Source of the DNA: Lama guanicoe
Lineage: Eukaryota
Reading direction: 5' to 3'
Assembly (NCBI GenBank): GCA_013239625.1
Contig: MU053432.1
Coordinates: 1 to 62,034 of the forward strand
Length of the DNA: 62,034 bases
A program made the translations under genes and the position numbers. Below are positions 49,840 through 61,760 of this stretch, in pieces; the first letter of the stretch is position 1; every line of letters starts with the position of its first letter. Under the pieces are notes generated by a model. The model was not told where the DNA came from, made no database searches, and saw only the letters and a program-made list of their open reading frames with translations.

Positions 49840-50275
49840 CCTTCAAAGCTTAACGTGACCTGACCTCCATCTACTTTCTCACCTCATCTCCTCCCACTCT
49901 CCCCTTCGCACCCTCTGCGCAGACACACTGGCCTCCTGGTGCTCCTCGATGGCGCCTGCTGTTTCCTCTGCCTGGAAAGTCTTCCCCCAACATGTACACC
50001 TGACTCTCCCTTTATCTGCAAGGGATTTCTTCTCCCCTTTGTATAAAACAGCCACACTGCCCCACACCTTCATCCGCGACTCTCTTACCTTGCTGGTTTT
50101 GTCTTTAGAGAGCCAACCATATGTGACACAATACATGTTAGGCATCAAGTCTGCACTACAAGGGTACAAGGCAAGGGTTTATCTATTTTGCTCACTGTCA
50201 TATCCCTAGCGTCAAAAACAACGGTCCTAGCAGTAGTTCAACCAATATTTCTTGAGCGACTGAATGAGTGAGTGA
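49840..50275 (+). mobile_element. L2 3' remnant (continuation of 47547-47784)
   Basis: CACACTGGCCTCC…TGCCTGGAA…AATATTTCTTGAG…GAATGAGTGA. Confidence 0.75.
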
Positions 50276-51232
50276 GCTGAGGTGAGAGAGCAGGGAACAT
50301 TTAGAGACGAGATTGGGCATCTGAGGTAATTTGCTGGTTGTGGAGTTCCGGGGGGCCCAGAGGAAGGGCTGAGAGGAGGAATGGTGATTAGATCAGAGGA
50401 AGGCAGTGCTGGGCCGAGGTTCCTGGGGCTGGAGAAGAGAGAAGGCCCCCAGGGAAGGGATGCTTGCACACCGTCTGATGGAATCAGAGTTGTCATGTCA
50501 CAGATGCTTGCACACCGGCCCTCTGCAGGGTGGGTGCTGGAGCTAATGAACAAGATTTGGCTCCACCTACTTGGGGTGCTCTCTGCCCAGCGATGGTGAA
50601 CTTGTGCAGTGAGGGGCCTGGAGGCCTCTCCTTTAGTTTTTGACAGAGGCGGTGCTGATCACAGACCTCAACGTACCCAGTGATGTGCTGTCGATGGCAA
50701 AATTACATAGCCCTCCTGGTTCCACACTCTGATTTAATGTCCCTTCTTAGCCTTCTACAAAGGTATCCTTCATCCAATTTACAGATGATTTATAATCAGG
50801 ATTTAGCACTGAAACATGAGAAAAAAATGTATTCTGGAGAGCCAGAAAAGAAAATAATATAAAGACAAAAGAAACAGTGTGAACAGGAGAAAAATCAGCA
50901 CACTAGGACTTCCATTAACACAAGAGAAGAGAGAACCTGGAAGTGTCTGAATTCAAAACGAAGCTAGGCAGGGCCCCAAGCAACCCGGTGAGAAGTGAGG
51001 CTACCCAGATGCTCACTTCAGAGAGCACACTTCTTCAGAGCCAGTCTGCTCTCTGCTCCATAGCACTTAGGTGGGAAATCTAAATTACTGATGCACAATA
51101 AACCTTACTGACTATTGAGTTACTAGACTATTGGTTTATAGACTGCGCAGGGTGAACCGCCTGCCTTGGGAAGTCTGGCCATCTCTTTAAGACATGCAGC
51201 TCTCTCTAGTGGTAGACTGGTGCTTTTGAAGG

Positions 51233-51831
51233 TGTTGCCATGATTAGGTTTCTTGTCTCCTCACAGAAAGAATTCAGAGATGAGAGTCTGAGAAGGTAAA
51301 GCAAGGATTTATTAAGGGATGGATAGCACACTCTCAAGGGGAGGGCAGGCAGACTCAGGTGAGCAGCTGCCCTGAGTTTCTTTGGCAGGTTGGTTACATA
51401 GGGTGTAAAAATGAATGGGCAGAACATTCACTGGGGAGGGAAGGGTCTGGGGTCAGAGTCCCTGATTTTCATCCCAACTCCACCTTCCTGAAGGAAGAAG
51501 GGATTTTTGTCCTTATTTAGTCTGGATCAGAAGGCTCATGGCATCAGTGCATGACAGGTACTTCTACTCTGCAAGATTCATTTGATTGTAACGAGGGCAC
51601 AATGAGCAAAAAGTTACATTCAGACTCTGGAAATTCCTGCCTTTTCTCGCCTTTCTTTGTCGGCCCCCAGGCCACTTGTCGCCCAAAATGTGTGACCGCA
51701 TGTCAGCCCAGAGGTTCCTACTTTCCCTTCTCTGTCCAGGAGACACTGTTGTTTACATAAGGTGTGGTTTCCCACATTTTGCCTGTGTCCCCCTTTCTCT
51801 GCTCATATCTAGCTGTCTGTCTGCTCTAACA
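51233..51831 (-). mobile_element. ERV solo LTR, family D copy 1
   Basis: TG…CA termini, minus-strand AATAAA at ~51308-51313; inverted homologue of 52453-53043. Confidence 0.9.
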
Positions 51832-52452
51832 AGGGCACCAGTACAGGATGGTCTATGCAAGATGGGAACCCAGAGGTGCTAGGGTTGATGGCAGAGTAAG
51901 GTCAGGGTGCACCGTGCCCTGAACACACATGCCAGACAAAGTCCCCTGCCCCTTCTCCCTACACCTCATCACTCTCACCTGGAGGGGACAAGCCTTCTTA
52001 GCAACTCCTTCCTCCCTCTTCCCTTTCCTTTTCCCTCCTTTGGAACATTGTCTACAGTGTAGGAAACAAAGGCAAACATATGATTTTAAACTATTCTGCT
52101 TGTTTTGGGGGAATCTAAATGAAAAGTATCCATCCGGTGCTGTGTGGTCAGCCGACTCAAGGTGACTGTTCTCTTGCTCTCTGTACCTCCACTCCCCTGC
52201 TGGACCAGTGCCTGCTTCACCTACACCTGTTTGGGACTGACCTTCCAACATAATTACCCCAGGTCCCAGCTAGTGATTGTTCTTATCAAAGGGGTGGGTG
52301 ACGGGTGTGCCCTTCTGATGGTTTCCCTGGTAACTGATAAGCCAACCTGATGTCAATCCCTACTATGACTTCCAACCTCCCCCTGCCCCTGGGAGCAAAG
52401 GCTGCTGCCAGGTCCTGCCCACTACCCACTGCACACAGTGGGAGAGTTGCTC

Positions 52453-53043
52453 CATTACAGCAGGCAGGTAGCTAGACATGAGCAGAGAAAGGGGGTGCAG
52501 GCCAAATGCAGGAAATCATACATCATGTAAACCACAGGGGCCCTGGGCAGAGAAGGAAAAGTAGGAACCTCTAGGCTGATATGTGGTCACACGTTTTGAG
52601 GTGACAAGCGGCCTGGGGGCCAACAAAGAAAGGTGGGAAAAGGCAGGAATTTCCAGTGTCCAAATGTAACTTTTTGCTTATTATGGCTTCATTTCAATCT
52701 AATTAGCCTTGAAGATTAGAAGTATCCATCATGATCCTTCTGATCCAGACTAAATAGGGACAAAAATCCCTTCTTCCTTCAGGAAGGTGGAGTTGGGATG
52801 AAAATCAGGGACTCTGACCCCAGACCCTTCCCTCCCCAGTGAATGTTCTGCCCATTCATTTTTACACCCTATGTCACCAACTTGCCAAAGAAACTTAGGG
52901 TAGCTGCTCACCTGAGTCCGCCCACTCTCCCCTTGAGAGTGCTCTATCCATCCCTTAATAAATCCTCACTTTACTTTCTTAACCTCCATGTCCCATCTCT
53001 GAATTCTTTCTGCAATGGGAAAAGGACCTAGTCACCAGCAACA
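52453..53043 (+). mobile_element. ERV solo LTR, family D copy 2, nested in another LTR-like element (~52250-53140)
   Basis: Homologous to copy 1; AATAAA at 52957; near-TSD GCTC/GCTT. Confidence 0.9.
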
Positions 53044-53973
53044 GCTTCAGGACCTTGCTTCAGACTTGTAAGACACCCCCACCCCACGACTACCCATTAA
53101 ACCATTGATTTCTCTGCCACTGACTCCAGGCTTTTTCTTAGGTCTTGAAGCTGAGTGACTACTGGAGGCTGGAGCAGCCTCCAGTCTTCAAAGTGAATCA
53201 GAGACTCAAAGACAAGTTTGGGGACAGGGATAATCAAGACACGAACACGGGGATGGTTCTTGCATAGGATGCAGTTCCCATGTGCAATCACACAAGGTGC
53301 CCCTTAGGCAGAGCTCCTGGCAGCCCAGGGATGGGATGCCAGTGCCATCTCCTTAGCAGGGTCTGGGGAGTGTCTGGTGTCAGGTGGGATGGATACCTGG
53401 GCAGAGGCCACAGCAGGCTCTGGGGAGCAGGGGATCTTCAACAGGCCACCTGGGCTCAGAAAACAGGAGGACCACAATGTGCTGAAGACTGGAGGCCTTT
53501 TCTCAGGAGCCACTGGACTGTACCACTTCCAGAGACTCCCACTCCATCCTGGGACATAACGCCCAGTGTTGGACATCTCGTTCTCCCTGATGAGGGGAGG
53601 CTCAGAGCTAATATCGGTACTGTGACATTTCTTGCATCCAAATGTTGCGAAGCAAATTCATACTTGTTTCATGCATAATGTACATAAATTGAATAGGACA
53701 CAAGTTCAAATGCCATTTTCGCAATGTTTTCATTCTATGGAGCATAAGGAAATTGCCTTACAGCAACATTCAGGGCTAGAAAGTTGCCAAGGAAAGCATC
53801 GCTTGGTCCTGCTTGAGCCGGCCCAGACAGAAGACAGAGCTGGTACCCTGGGGCAACTCCGGCACCTGAGATAAGGATATTTCTGGCATGACTGAGTAAA
53901 CTAAAAATGGAAGCTTAGAAGCCCACTGGTACCCCCTTCCCAGTCCCCAAGGTCAGCAGGCTGCCATACTTTC

Positions 53974-54632
53974 TGAGGCAGGAGGGAAAGGGGCAGGGCA
54001 CAGCCATTCAAGGAATGACAGCAATTAACAACAAAATGGTGGAAGATTCAACTCCCAGTTGGCTTTGAGGATTAAGATGGCGGGAGGTTTGACTTCTAGT
54101 AGACCTTGAGCTTCATTATGTGCTCACTGTAATATATTAGTATGATAAATGACATGCCCGCAGGTGCCATGAGAGTCCCAAGGCTAACCACAAAAGGTCA
54201 AAGAGTGGGCGGTGGCCCAGTTCCTGGGAATCCCAGCCCCTTCCGCAGGGTAGTTGGAATGATCCTCCCACTTGTAGGCATGTGAAGCTACTGAGCGCAT
54301 AAAAACGGGCAGCACCATGCCTCGCGGCTGCTCTCCTTTCTGAATCAGATGGACCACACTCTATGTGGTCTGTGGCGTGTGTACCTACTTTTACTTTAAG
54401 CACCCAACCCCCACACCTCGTGGCCTTTCTCTGGCCTTCTAAAAGGGCCTGCACTCTGTCTATGGAGTATGCATCTCTATAAATAAGTCTGCCTTTACTC
54501 AACAGTGGCTGGCTCTTGAATTCTTTCCTATGTGAAGCCAAGGACCCACACTTGGCGGGGTGCGCCCCAGGGACTCAACTGAGACCTGGGGCACAGCCAC
54601 CCTCTCGCCCCACATTCATTTTTCCTGTATCA
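53974..54632 (+). mobile_element. ERV solo LTR, family C copy 2
   Basis: Shares TGAG.CAGGAGGGAA…GGGCAGGGCAC, GACTT..AGTAGACCTTGAGC and GCTCTTGAATTCTTTCCT with 31236-31679. Confidence 0.85.
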
Positions 54633-55099
54633 GGACCACGGGTAGGAAAACAGAGTGCATGCACACAAGGATATTTATGCATTAACTAGAAGTAATGAAT
54701 CAGATGTGCATAATGGCACCATTCATGAGTCTTTTTTTAAAAAACCAAAAAGTGACTTTTAGCCAGTAGCATTTTGTAAATTAAAAAAGCATACACACGA
54801 AACAGTGTATGCTTCACAAAGACGTACAAATAATTTGCACATCAGCACGATAAGATGGTTGCCTCTTGTTGAGTGGAGAATGGGAAAGAGGATAAAAGGC
54901 AACACGAATATTAAAAACCAAGAGAAGTCCTTGCAAAGACTAGAAAATGCCCTGAATTGAGGAGGAGTGTGTGTAATCTAGTCTTCTGCCCCTGAGGCCC
55001 AAACCACAGAAAACAAAGCAACGACAAAGGAAGTGAAAGGTGAGACAGGGTGACAGAGGCTGGAAAATCTATTTCCAAGCTGGAAGCAACCTGGGTGCA

Positions 55100-55553
55100 C
55101 ATCACTGAAGGCAAGTTCACGTGCCCGCCGCACCGTGAGGCCAAACCGAAACATGAGCTTGGAGCTGAAAAAAGGTTTATTGCAGGACGAGGGGGCTTAT
55201 GCCCAAGAAAACCCCAAACTCCTCGAAGGGTTCAGCAAAGTATATTAAAGGCCAAGTAAGGGGGTGGGGTCACAGGTTACAGGGTCAGCTCCTGCACAGT
55301 TCTGACTGGTTGATGTTGAAGTAACAGGGTGGTCAGCACCATCAACCCCTACGCACCAGCAGGTCTGGGGGCCGCATGCGCCCAGCCATCAGGTAATTCA
55401 TTTCTTCCCTCTGGTGGTGGTTTTAAGCATCTGAAAAACTCAGGAAATACACATGAGGTACAATTATCAGGGTACTTCAGGGAGGAGCTAAAGCAAAGGA
55501 TATGGGGGCGGGGTCTGACCCCGGAAGGCCCCACAGGGTCGTGCTGAGTCACA
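55100..55553 (-). mobile_element. ERV1-type solo LTR
   Basis: 4-bp TSD TGCA at 55096-55099 and 55554-55557; minus-strand AATAAA at ~55176-55181. Confidence 0.8.
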
Positions 55554-55839
55554 TGCAGACTGCCCACTTGTTTGGAGGGAACAGATTGCCCCGTGGTGAG
55601 GAGCCCCACGGAAGAGCTGGGAGTTGGGCAGGGTCAGCCCGAGGGAAACCTGTGAGCACGGGCATCCTAAACACTTTCAGGGCCTCCGAGAGCAGGAAAC
55701 CGTTTTAAAGTCTACAGTGAAAAAACTCCCTTCTGAGTATCTTGTCCAGTATTTAGTCTATGTGGACTTAAGGGTCTACATCCCCTGGGAGCTCAGTGGG
55801 AAGAGAGGAAAGCAGCTCTTTCCCAAGGCTTTGTGACGG

Positions 55840-55981
55840 TGTTAGCGAGTCCAAACTCGTTCTGCGACACTGTTTTACAAAAGCTGCGGAACGAGCAGGA
55901 CTAAGCCCAGGAAACAGGGCACAGGGTTAAAGCCAAAGGAACAGATCGAATCTGCAGTCAGATTTGTTCTTTGCTATTACA
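55840..55981 (-). mobile_element. Internally deleted family A LTR (termini only)
   Basis: First ~26 nt and last ~115 nt of the 18265-18787 LTR, joined directly. Confidence 0.85.
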
Positions 55982-56737
55982 GTGGGGCAGCAAGGCCCTA
56001 GGGAGGGCGGTGCTGCCGAAGTTGTCCTGAGCAGCCTGCTGGCCCCCCAGGGCTTAGCGGGGGTACCCGAGTCCCAGAGAAATCTGAGCGGGAGCCACTA
56101 GAGAATGGGCTGGGCCCCCATACTCTTCTGTAATGGGAGACACTGCAGAAAATGAGAGGGTTGGAGGCAGAAGCCAGGGTATTTCTAACCACTCCTCACC
56201 CCAGCTCTGTGGTTCCAGCTTCTGCACCTCCTCCCCGGCTTTTGGGCTCTGGCCCAGCCAGGGGGACTGAAGTGGCTTCTTTTGACGTGGCTAATCTCTG
56301 AGATGCTTCTCCATACTGTGGGACTTCTCAGCTCTTCCGTAACCAAGAATATAACCAAGTCCCTGTGTTAAAATCTGTTTGAAGTAACTAGAGATTTGTC
56401 TTCATAACCAGACCTTGGCCTGCGATAGACAGACCCATTGTATGGAGTTTCTCTGTCCTGTTATTATAAGTCAGACAGTAGCCAATACCCTTAAAGCTAA
56501 ATCTTGATCTCCAACTAGACTTTTTTTTTTTGTACATCTGAATCCAACTAGATGTATTATCTGCACAAATCTCTAGAAAATTACACAAAACATGTATTTG
56601 ATTAGGGATATCAAATACACACAGAACATGTATTTCCCTCCTAAATGATTGTACCATTTGCATTTCCACCAACAGTATATGAGAATGTTGCCATAATCTT
56701 GAGAGAGATGATTAAGCAGGCTTACTGACACTGGCTG

Positions 56738-57220
56738 ATTAACAAGGGAGAGAAAGTGCCAGACTGTTAAAAAAAACAACAAAAATCACAAGTTTTTCCT
56801 CTTGTCCCACATCTGGCTCCTTGATTCCAAGGACATAGCCATACAACAAGACATTTTGTTTCCCAACTGCTGCATTAATCCCAAAGACATACCCCGGTAC
56901 CCCTCTTTCCTTGTTGTCTTTTGTCCTGCCGAGTTTCTGCTTTGGGGCTGAGCCCCATGGGAGGAAAGAGCCAGTAACAGGTGATCGGCTCCAGCAGAAT
57001 AAAGATAAAGATGGCAGAGCCTTGCAGTCAGACCCCACAGGCCGATCCCGGGCCAGAGCTGTCTCAACAGGCTACCTGCTTCAGTGTTTTCTTTCTTTCT
57101 TCTTTTCCGCCTTTTTTCCCTTCTCTCTCTGAGCAATAAAGAAGCTTTTTTTTTTTTTTCACTTTGTTGCTCTGCCTCTATCGAGAATTCTTTCTCAATC
57201 GGCAGGCAAGGACCCACACA
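56738..57220 (+). mobile_element. ERV LTR (5' boundary uncertain)
   Basis: AATAAA at ~57135 followed by the U5-like GAATTCTTTCTC…GGCAAGGACCC…CA seen in the other LTRs here. Confidence 0.65.
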
Positions 57221-57300
57221 TTTGGTGGGCTTTCCAATTTGGGGTCTTTATCTGCTAACAGTCTCAGAAACAGTAAGTCAGAAAAACATGATCTAATTTA

Positions 57301-57436
57301 TTTATTTTTAAAGAGGACACTTTTCGTTTGCGGGAGAGGTAATTTGGTTTGATTATTTGTTTGTTTGTTTATTTATTTAGTGGCGGTACTGGGGATTGAA
57401 CCCAAGAGCTCATGCATGCTAAGTGTACACTCTACC
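57301..57436 (-). mobile_element. tRNA-derived SINE
   Basis: GGTACTGGGGATTGAACCCAAG…CTACCACTGAGCTATACC; candidate TSD GATCTAATTTA at 57290 and 57474. Confidence 0.88.
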
Positions 57437-58118
57437 ACTGAGCTATACCTCTCCCTATGGGATCCCCCAATGGGATCTAATTTAAACGTCCTTTCCTTCA
57501 CCAACTAGCAAGGCAGGATTTTGCATCCTGGCTATCGTCAGCATCCTAGTAGCCTTGATCTGTCTCTTCCTTCAGTTATTGTCAAGCAGGGCCATGTCAA
57601 TGTCAGTGAGCATCACAGGGGATTTGTGAGTTTATTTCCCAGGTTTGCATTTTGCGTATTAGGGAGAGGGTTTGAAAGACTGGCAAGGAGAGGACAGAGG
57701 TGTTTTTCAGATGTTCATGTAAGGGCTTTATATTCTGAATGCGAATCACACCTGCCCACAGAGACTAGCCAGAGTCCCTGAGGGTTCTGCTACATCTCAG
57801 CTGAGCTGCTTTAGCAGCAGACTGCTGGGCCACTCATGGTGCTTCAGTTTAGGGGCTTCATGCTTGAGGTTTAGGGGCTCAAAGGCGGCCTAGAAAAGTT
57901 GCTTATCTCCCACTTCCATTGGGACTGAGTTTCTGGAGTAAGAAATATCTGGAGTCAAGACGACATCTTGGCCACACGCCTATCAAGCACATACAGTCAA
58001 AATCAAGACACTCATCAACTACTCAGATGGGCCAGAAAGTGCTAATATGCTCAAAAGATGACTACACTTTTGAAAATGCTCATGAATCACACACTGAGTA
58101 TTTTGAAAAATGTTAAAA

Positions 58119-58124
58119 TTTATT
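58119..58124 (-). terminator. HK2 polyadenylation signal AATAAA
   Basis: Canonical hexamer with a GU-rich element (GTGTGTG, 58094-58088) downstream. A second AATAAA lies at 58615-58610. Confidence 0.8.
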
Positions 58125-58366
58125 AATAATAGTTAACATCACACAGTTAATTCAACTAGTTCTTTACTGTACACAACAACGTCTTCACTAAACCGAGTGC
58201 TCGAAGATTTGAGATGATCTGCCATTGAGCACATTTCCAGGCAAAGACTGACATGGGCAAAGCAGCATCTGCAAGGAACTGTCACCTAAGTGAGAACACA
58301 AACATTCAAAATGCATTTTCCAGCATTCCTTTTTGGAAAACCAACAGCACATCTTAAATAGCAAAA

Positions 58367-58386
58367 CACACACATACACACACACA
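58367..58386. repeat. Short (CA)n tract, read as GU repeats in the HK2 mRNA
   Basis: Directly visible. Confidence 0.8.
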
Positions 58387-60241
58387 GCTCTACCTTTTAA
58401 AAATGTACAAGTTCATAGACGGTGCCTAATTTTCAAGTTTAAGTTCATCTCTGTTTCTTGGGCATCCCTTAGTGACACACAAATCTAGACACTGTTCTCA
58501 GGACAAGTTTGATAAATGTGCAAAAACTGGGTGCTACTGCGTTATGCACTTCCATCTTTCGATTTTGAACCTGGTATCCTACTCAACAGGGTTACAAGGC
58601 CATTCCCTCTTTATTGCGAAGTATTCAGGTGTAATGTGTGTGCATATTTTAGGGCAGAAGTGGGCTTTCAGATTCAGAATGAACCGCGCTCTCAAAGCAG
58701 AGTAAGAAAGGTTTTAATGTCCCTCTCCCTGCCCCTCAAAGGAGTCTGAAATCCTTGTTAAAACAGCTCAGCCTAGGGAGGTCTGTGGACAAAACCTCTT
58801 GCACAACATTTACAAAACAAATCCGAGGTGAAATTTGCTAGGAGGGCACACAAATCCAGCAGTGTTGCCCCTGAGGTTTTGTTTGTTGGTTTGATTGTTG
58901 AATTGTTTTGGTTTGCTAGCAACAATTGGACATTGTTTCCATGTGTTTGGTGGCTTCCTTTATCTTGTTAGGGAGGCTGAAAACACTACTAACTTCCCGA
59001 AGGATGAAGATTTCTAAGCAGAGTCTGTTTGAAACGCTTCCCGCTTCCTCTGTTAACGTCTCGGGTAATACGGCTCCAGGAAACTCTTGCCGGAGCAGCC
59101 AGGTGGTGTGGTTTCTTCAGTCCATAGCCCCAGCCTCCTTCCAAGCTGCTGACTCCGCAGGGAGAGGACGAGGTGGGGACAGCTGCTTGACCATTCACTC
59201 ACCTCAAAGAGGCTTTCTTCTCTTCTGGCAAGTGAATGAGGTATTTCTAGTAACCAGTCAGTATCTTCATCTTCCACCCTTTAAACTACACTGATCTACT
59301 AATGAGGCTGAGTCTGAGATCCTGTGGATTTATATACATACCAAATTGACGTATAAATACATTACATACAACCGATCGGGTACGTACAGTGTCAGGATAA
59401 AGGAACAGATGTACTTCATGAACTAAATACATTTCAAATATAAATTAAAATGAAAATACAGTGTTTCCACTTCTGCAGGAAAAACAAAATTTTTTTTTTA
59501 ACAGACCCTCTGCCAAAGATCCACTGTTGATGGATGACTTGCGACCCCACGAGGAGATGTGATGACAAGCCCACTCATGGGATGCGTCAATTCCTGGCTT
59601 TGGTTTTGTTCGCTCAGACTCAGGATGCTTTAGTTCGGGAACAGCATCCACCGGTACCCACTGGGCAAATGCTTGTAGATGAGGTTGAAGAGGGGCTGCC
59701 GCATGGCTACCCGTGGGTTTCCCCTCCCTTGCCACCTCTCCTCCCTGCAATGGTCTGCCTGTGGGAGAATCCGGCTGGAGTTGGTGGAGACCCCCCAGGT
59801 CCCTGGGAGGAGGAACAGCATCAGCCTTCTTGCTGGACGATGCTCTCCACCTGGAAATGTCACGCGCAGGCTCCAAGGTGAAGCAACCGCATCTTGTCAT
59901 TAGTGTCCCCATCCGGTAGGATGATACAGCGACATGGAATTTGGCCAGGGGATTACTACTGGTCAATTTCTTTTCTTTTTTTTTCAAGTTTTAAAAGAAC
60001 CAGTGGTAATGGTTGTGAAGACTGTGAATAAATCCTAACTTCAAATTGCATTTATCTTGGGAGGGGCAATGCTTGGGCACCAAACTCTACGGCTGAGTTG
60101 ACAGAGACAAAACTTAGTTCAATAAGGTCCTCTCTGCCAAGGAAGAGCCAAGGGGTCCGTCTCTGACACAGGGGGTGGCATCTTACAATTTAAGGCAGGA
60201 AAGAGGGGAAACCAGAGGAAGTCCTTCCAACTTCAGGGGCT

Positions 60242-60386
60242 CTACCGCTGCCCAGCCTCCCGGATGCGGCAGGCCACAGCAGTGATGAGAGCCGCCCCCT
60301 TCCCGCTGCCGTCCTCTGACTCCAGGAAGGACACGTCACACTTTGGAGCCAGGTCCTTCACCGTCTCGTGCATGACTTTGGCAAAG
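60242..60386 (-). CDS. HK2: Hexokinase 2, terminal coding exon
   Basis: TTTTCCAG|C then [47 protein letters not shown]. Contains the hexokinase DGSGKGAA motif and the HK2-type C-terminus. 145 nt; absent from the ORF track. Upstream exons lie beyond the window end. Confidence 0.97.
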
Positions 60387-61403
60387 CTGGAAAAGTTGGG
60401 AGAAAGACAGAGGGGGGAAAAAAAACCTTATTCATGATTGGTTTATGTCCTCAGAGATGGGACCCTAAGAAGTGATCCTGGAAACTAGGTATTGTGTTTC
60501 AGAAATCTGAGGCTTGGAGAGACCAGCAACTTATCCAAATTCTATGTCACAGTGGGCGGGCGGGAAGGCAAGATTCAACTCTAGCACAAAAGTCTGAGAT
60601 TCTGGCAAGCTCTGCTCTTAAAACTAAGTAGTGAAAGAGTAGTTTAATACTTGTGGGTGCCCCAAGCATGCCTTGGCAGAAGTGTATAACCTGTTTGTCA
60701 ACTCTGGAGCGGAGGGCTACGCCCCACACATGTGACAGTCTACTTCCCAGAGGTACTGACTGACATCAGACCCATGTCTAACCCAAAATGTCATCAAAGG
60801 CAAAAGGCGCAGACTTAAGAGAGGTGCTCTTGGGAGTTTACAGGGGTCTCACACTCTCCCTGATATGGGACTAGAGAAAGATCATTCAGCATCTGCCCCA
60901 CCACAGCAGGGTCAAGCTGCTCCTTGCCAGCTGCAAAGCTGGGGACAGAGGTTCCCAACGCCAAGCACCAGCGCTGGTGGCGGGACTTCCGCCCGCCTCC
61001 TGACCCTCATGTGGGACTCAGGTTCTTATTTTCACGACACTGATCAGCAAGAGAAACTTGGAACTTCTCAAGGCCCACTCCTTTCACTAAAGCTGTGTAG
61101 ACTCTGGGCAAGTTCCTCAACTCCCTGTAACAATCATGGTGACAGCAGGTAACCATCCAGTCGATGAGTCTCTCCGCCCTGCGCACTGCCCAGGCAAGGG
61201 GCACAGCTCTGTCCTTTCAACCTGTAGCTGAGAAGCTTCCAGAGGAGGACTGAGGAACTTCCTGAGTTTAAAATAATTTATTCAAAACATACGTAGGTGA
61301 GGGAAGAAAAGAGAAGAGAAATAGTGATGAGAGGAGACAAAGGGGAAGAGATGGAGACAGATAGGGAACAGTGAAAAGAAAAGAGAATTCAGTATTTCCA
61401 TAC

Positions 61404-61533
61404 AGGGGGTGAGTGTGGCAAACTTCTACAAAAGGTCAGAAAATAAAGTACTTTGAACTTGGTGGGTCTTATGGTCCGCTGCAACTACTCTGCTATTATC
61501 GTTGACAACAGTCATAGACAACACGTGAACAAA
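61404..61533 (+). mobile_element. MER58A-like hAT non-autonomous DNA transposon fragment
   Basis: GGCAAACT…AAAGGTCAGA…GCAACTACTC…CATAGACAA matches the MER58 5' half as I recall it. Confidence 0.65.
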
Positions 61534-61534
61534 A

Positions 61535-61760
61535 GGGGGAGGGTGTAGCTCAGTGGTAGAGTGCATGCCTAGCATGCACAAGGTCCTGGGTTCAATCCCC
61601 AGTTCCTCCATTAAAAATAAATAAGCCTTCCCACATAGTAAGCTGACTATACCTCAATTTAAAAATAAGAAATAAATAAAAATATTAAAAAAATAAGCTC
61701 AATTACCTGCCCCCCAACAAAATTTAAAAAAATAAATAAAATTTAAATTAAAAAAAAAAA
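61535..61760 (+). mobile_element. tRNA-derived SINE in the last HK2 intron, with a nested L1 tip
   Basis: A box TAGCTCAGTGG, B box GGTTCAATCC, A-rich tail. Confidence 0.92.

Larger units (their letters stand above)
58097..60241 (-). other. HK2: HK2 3'UTR (~2.1 kb)
   Basis: Largely repeat-free sequence between the HK2 stop codon and the AATAAA at 58124-58119. Confidence 0.85.

Noticed and set aside
59445..59987. 180-aa and overlapping ORFs
   Set aside because: They lie in the HK2 3'UTR, show no domain similarity and have no visible splice structure.
61535..61610. tRNA gene (also 6377, 10080, 19672, 49474, 57301)
   Set aside because: A/B boxes are present, but the A-rich tails, TSDs in several copies and dispersed diverged copies identify them as SINEs.
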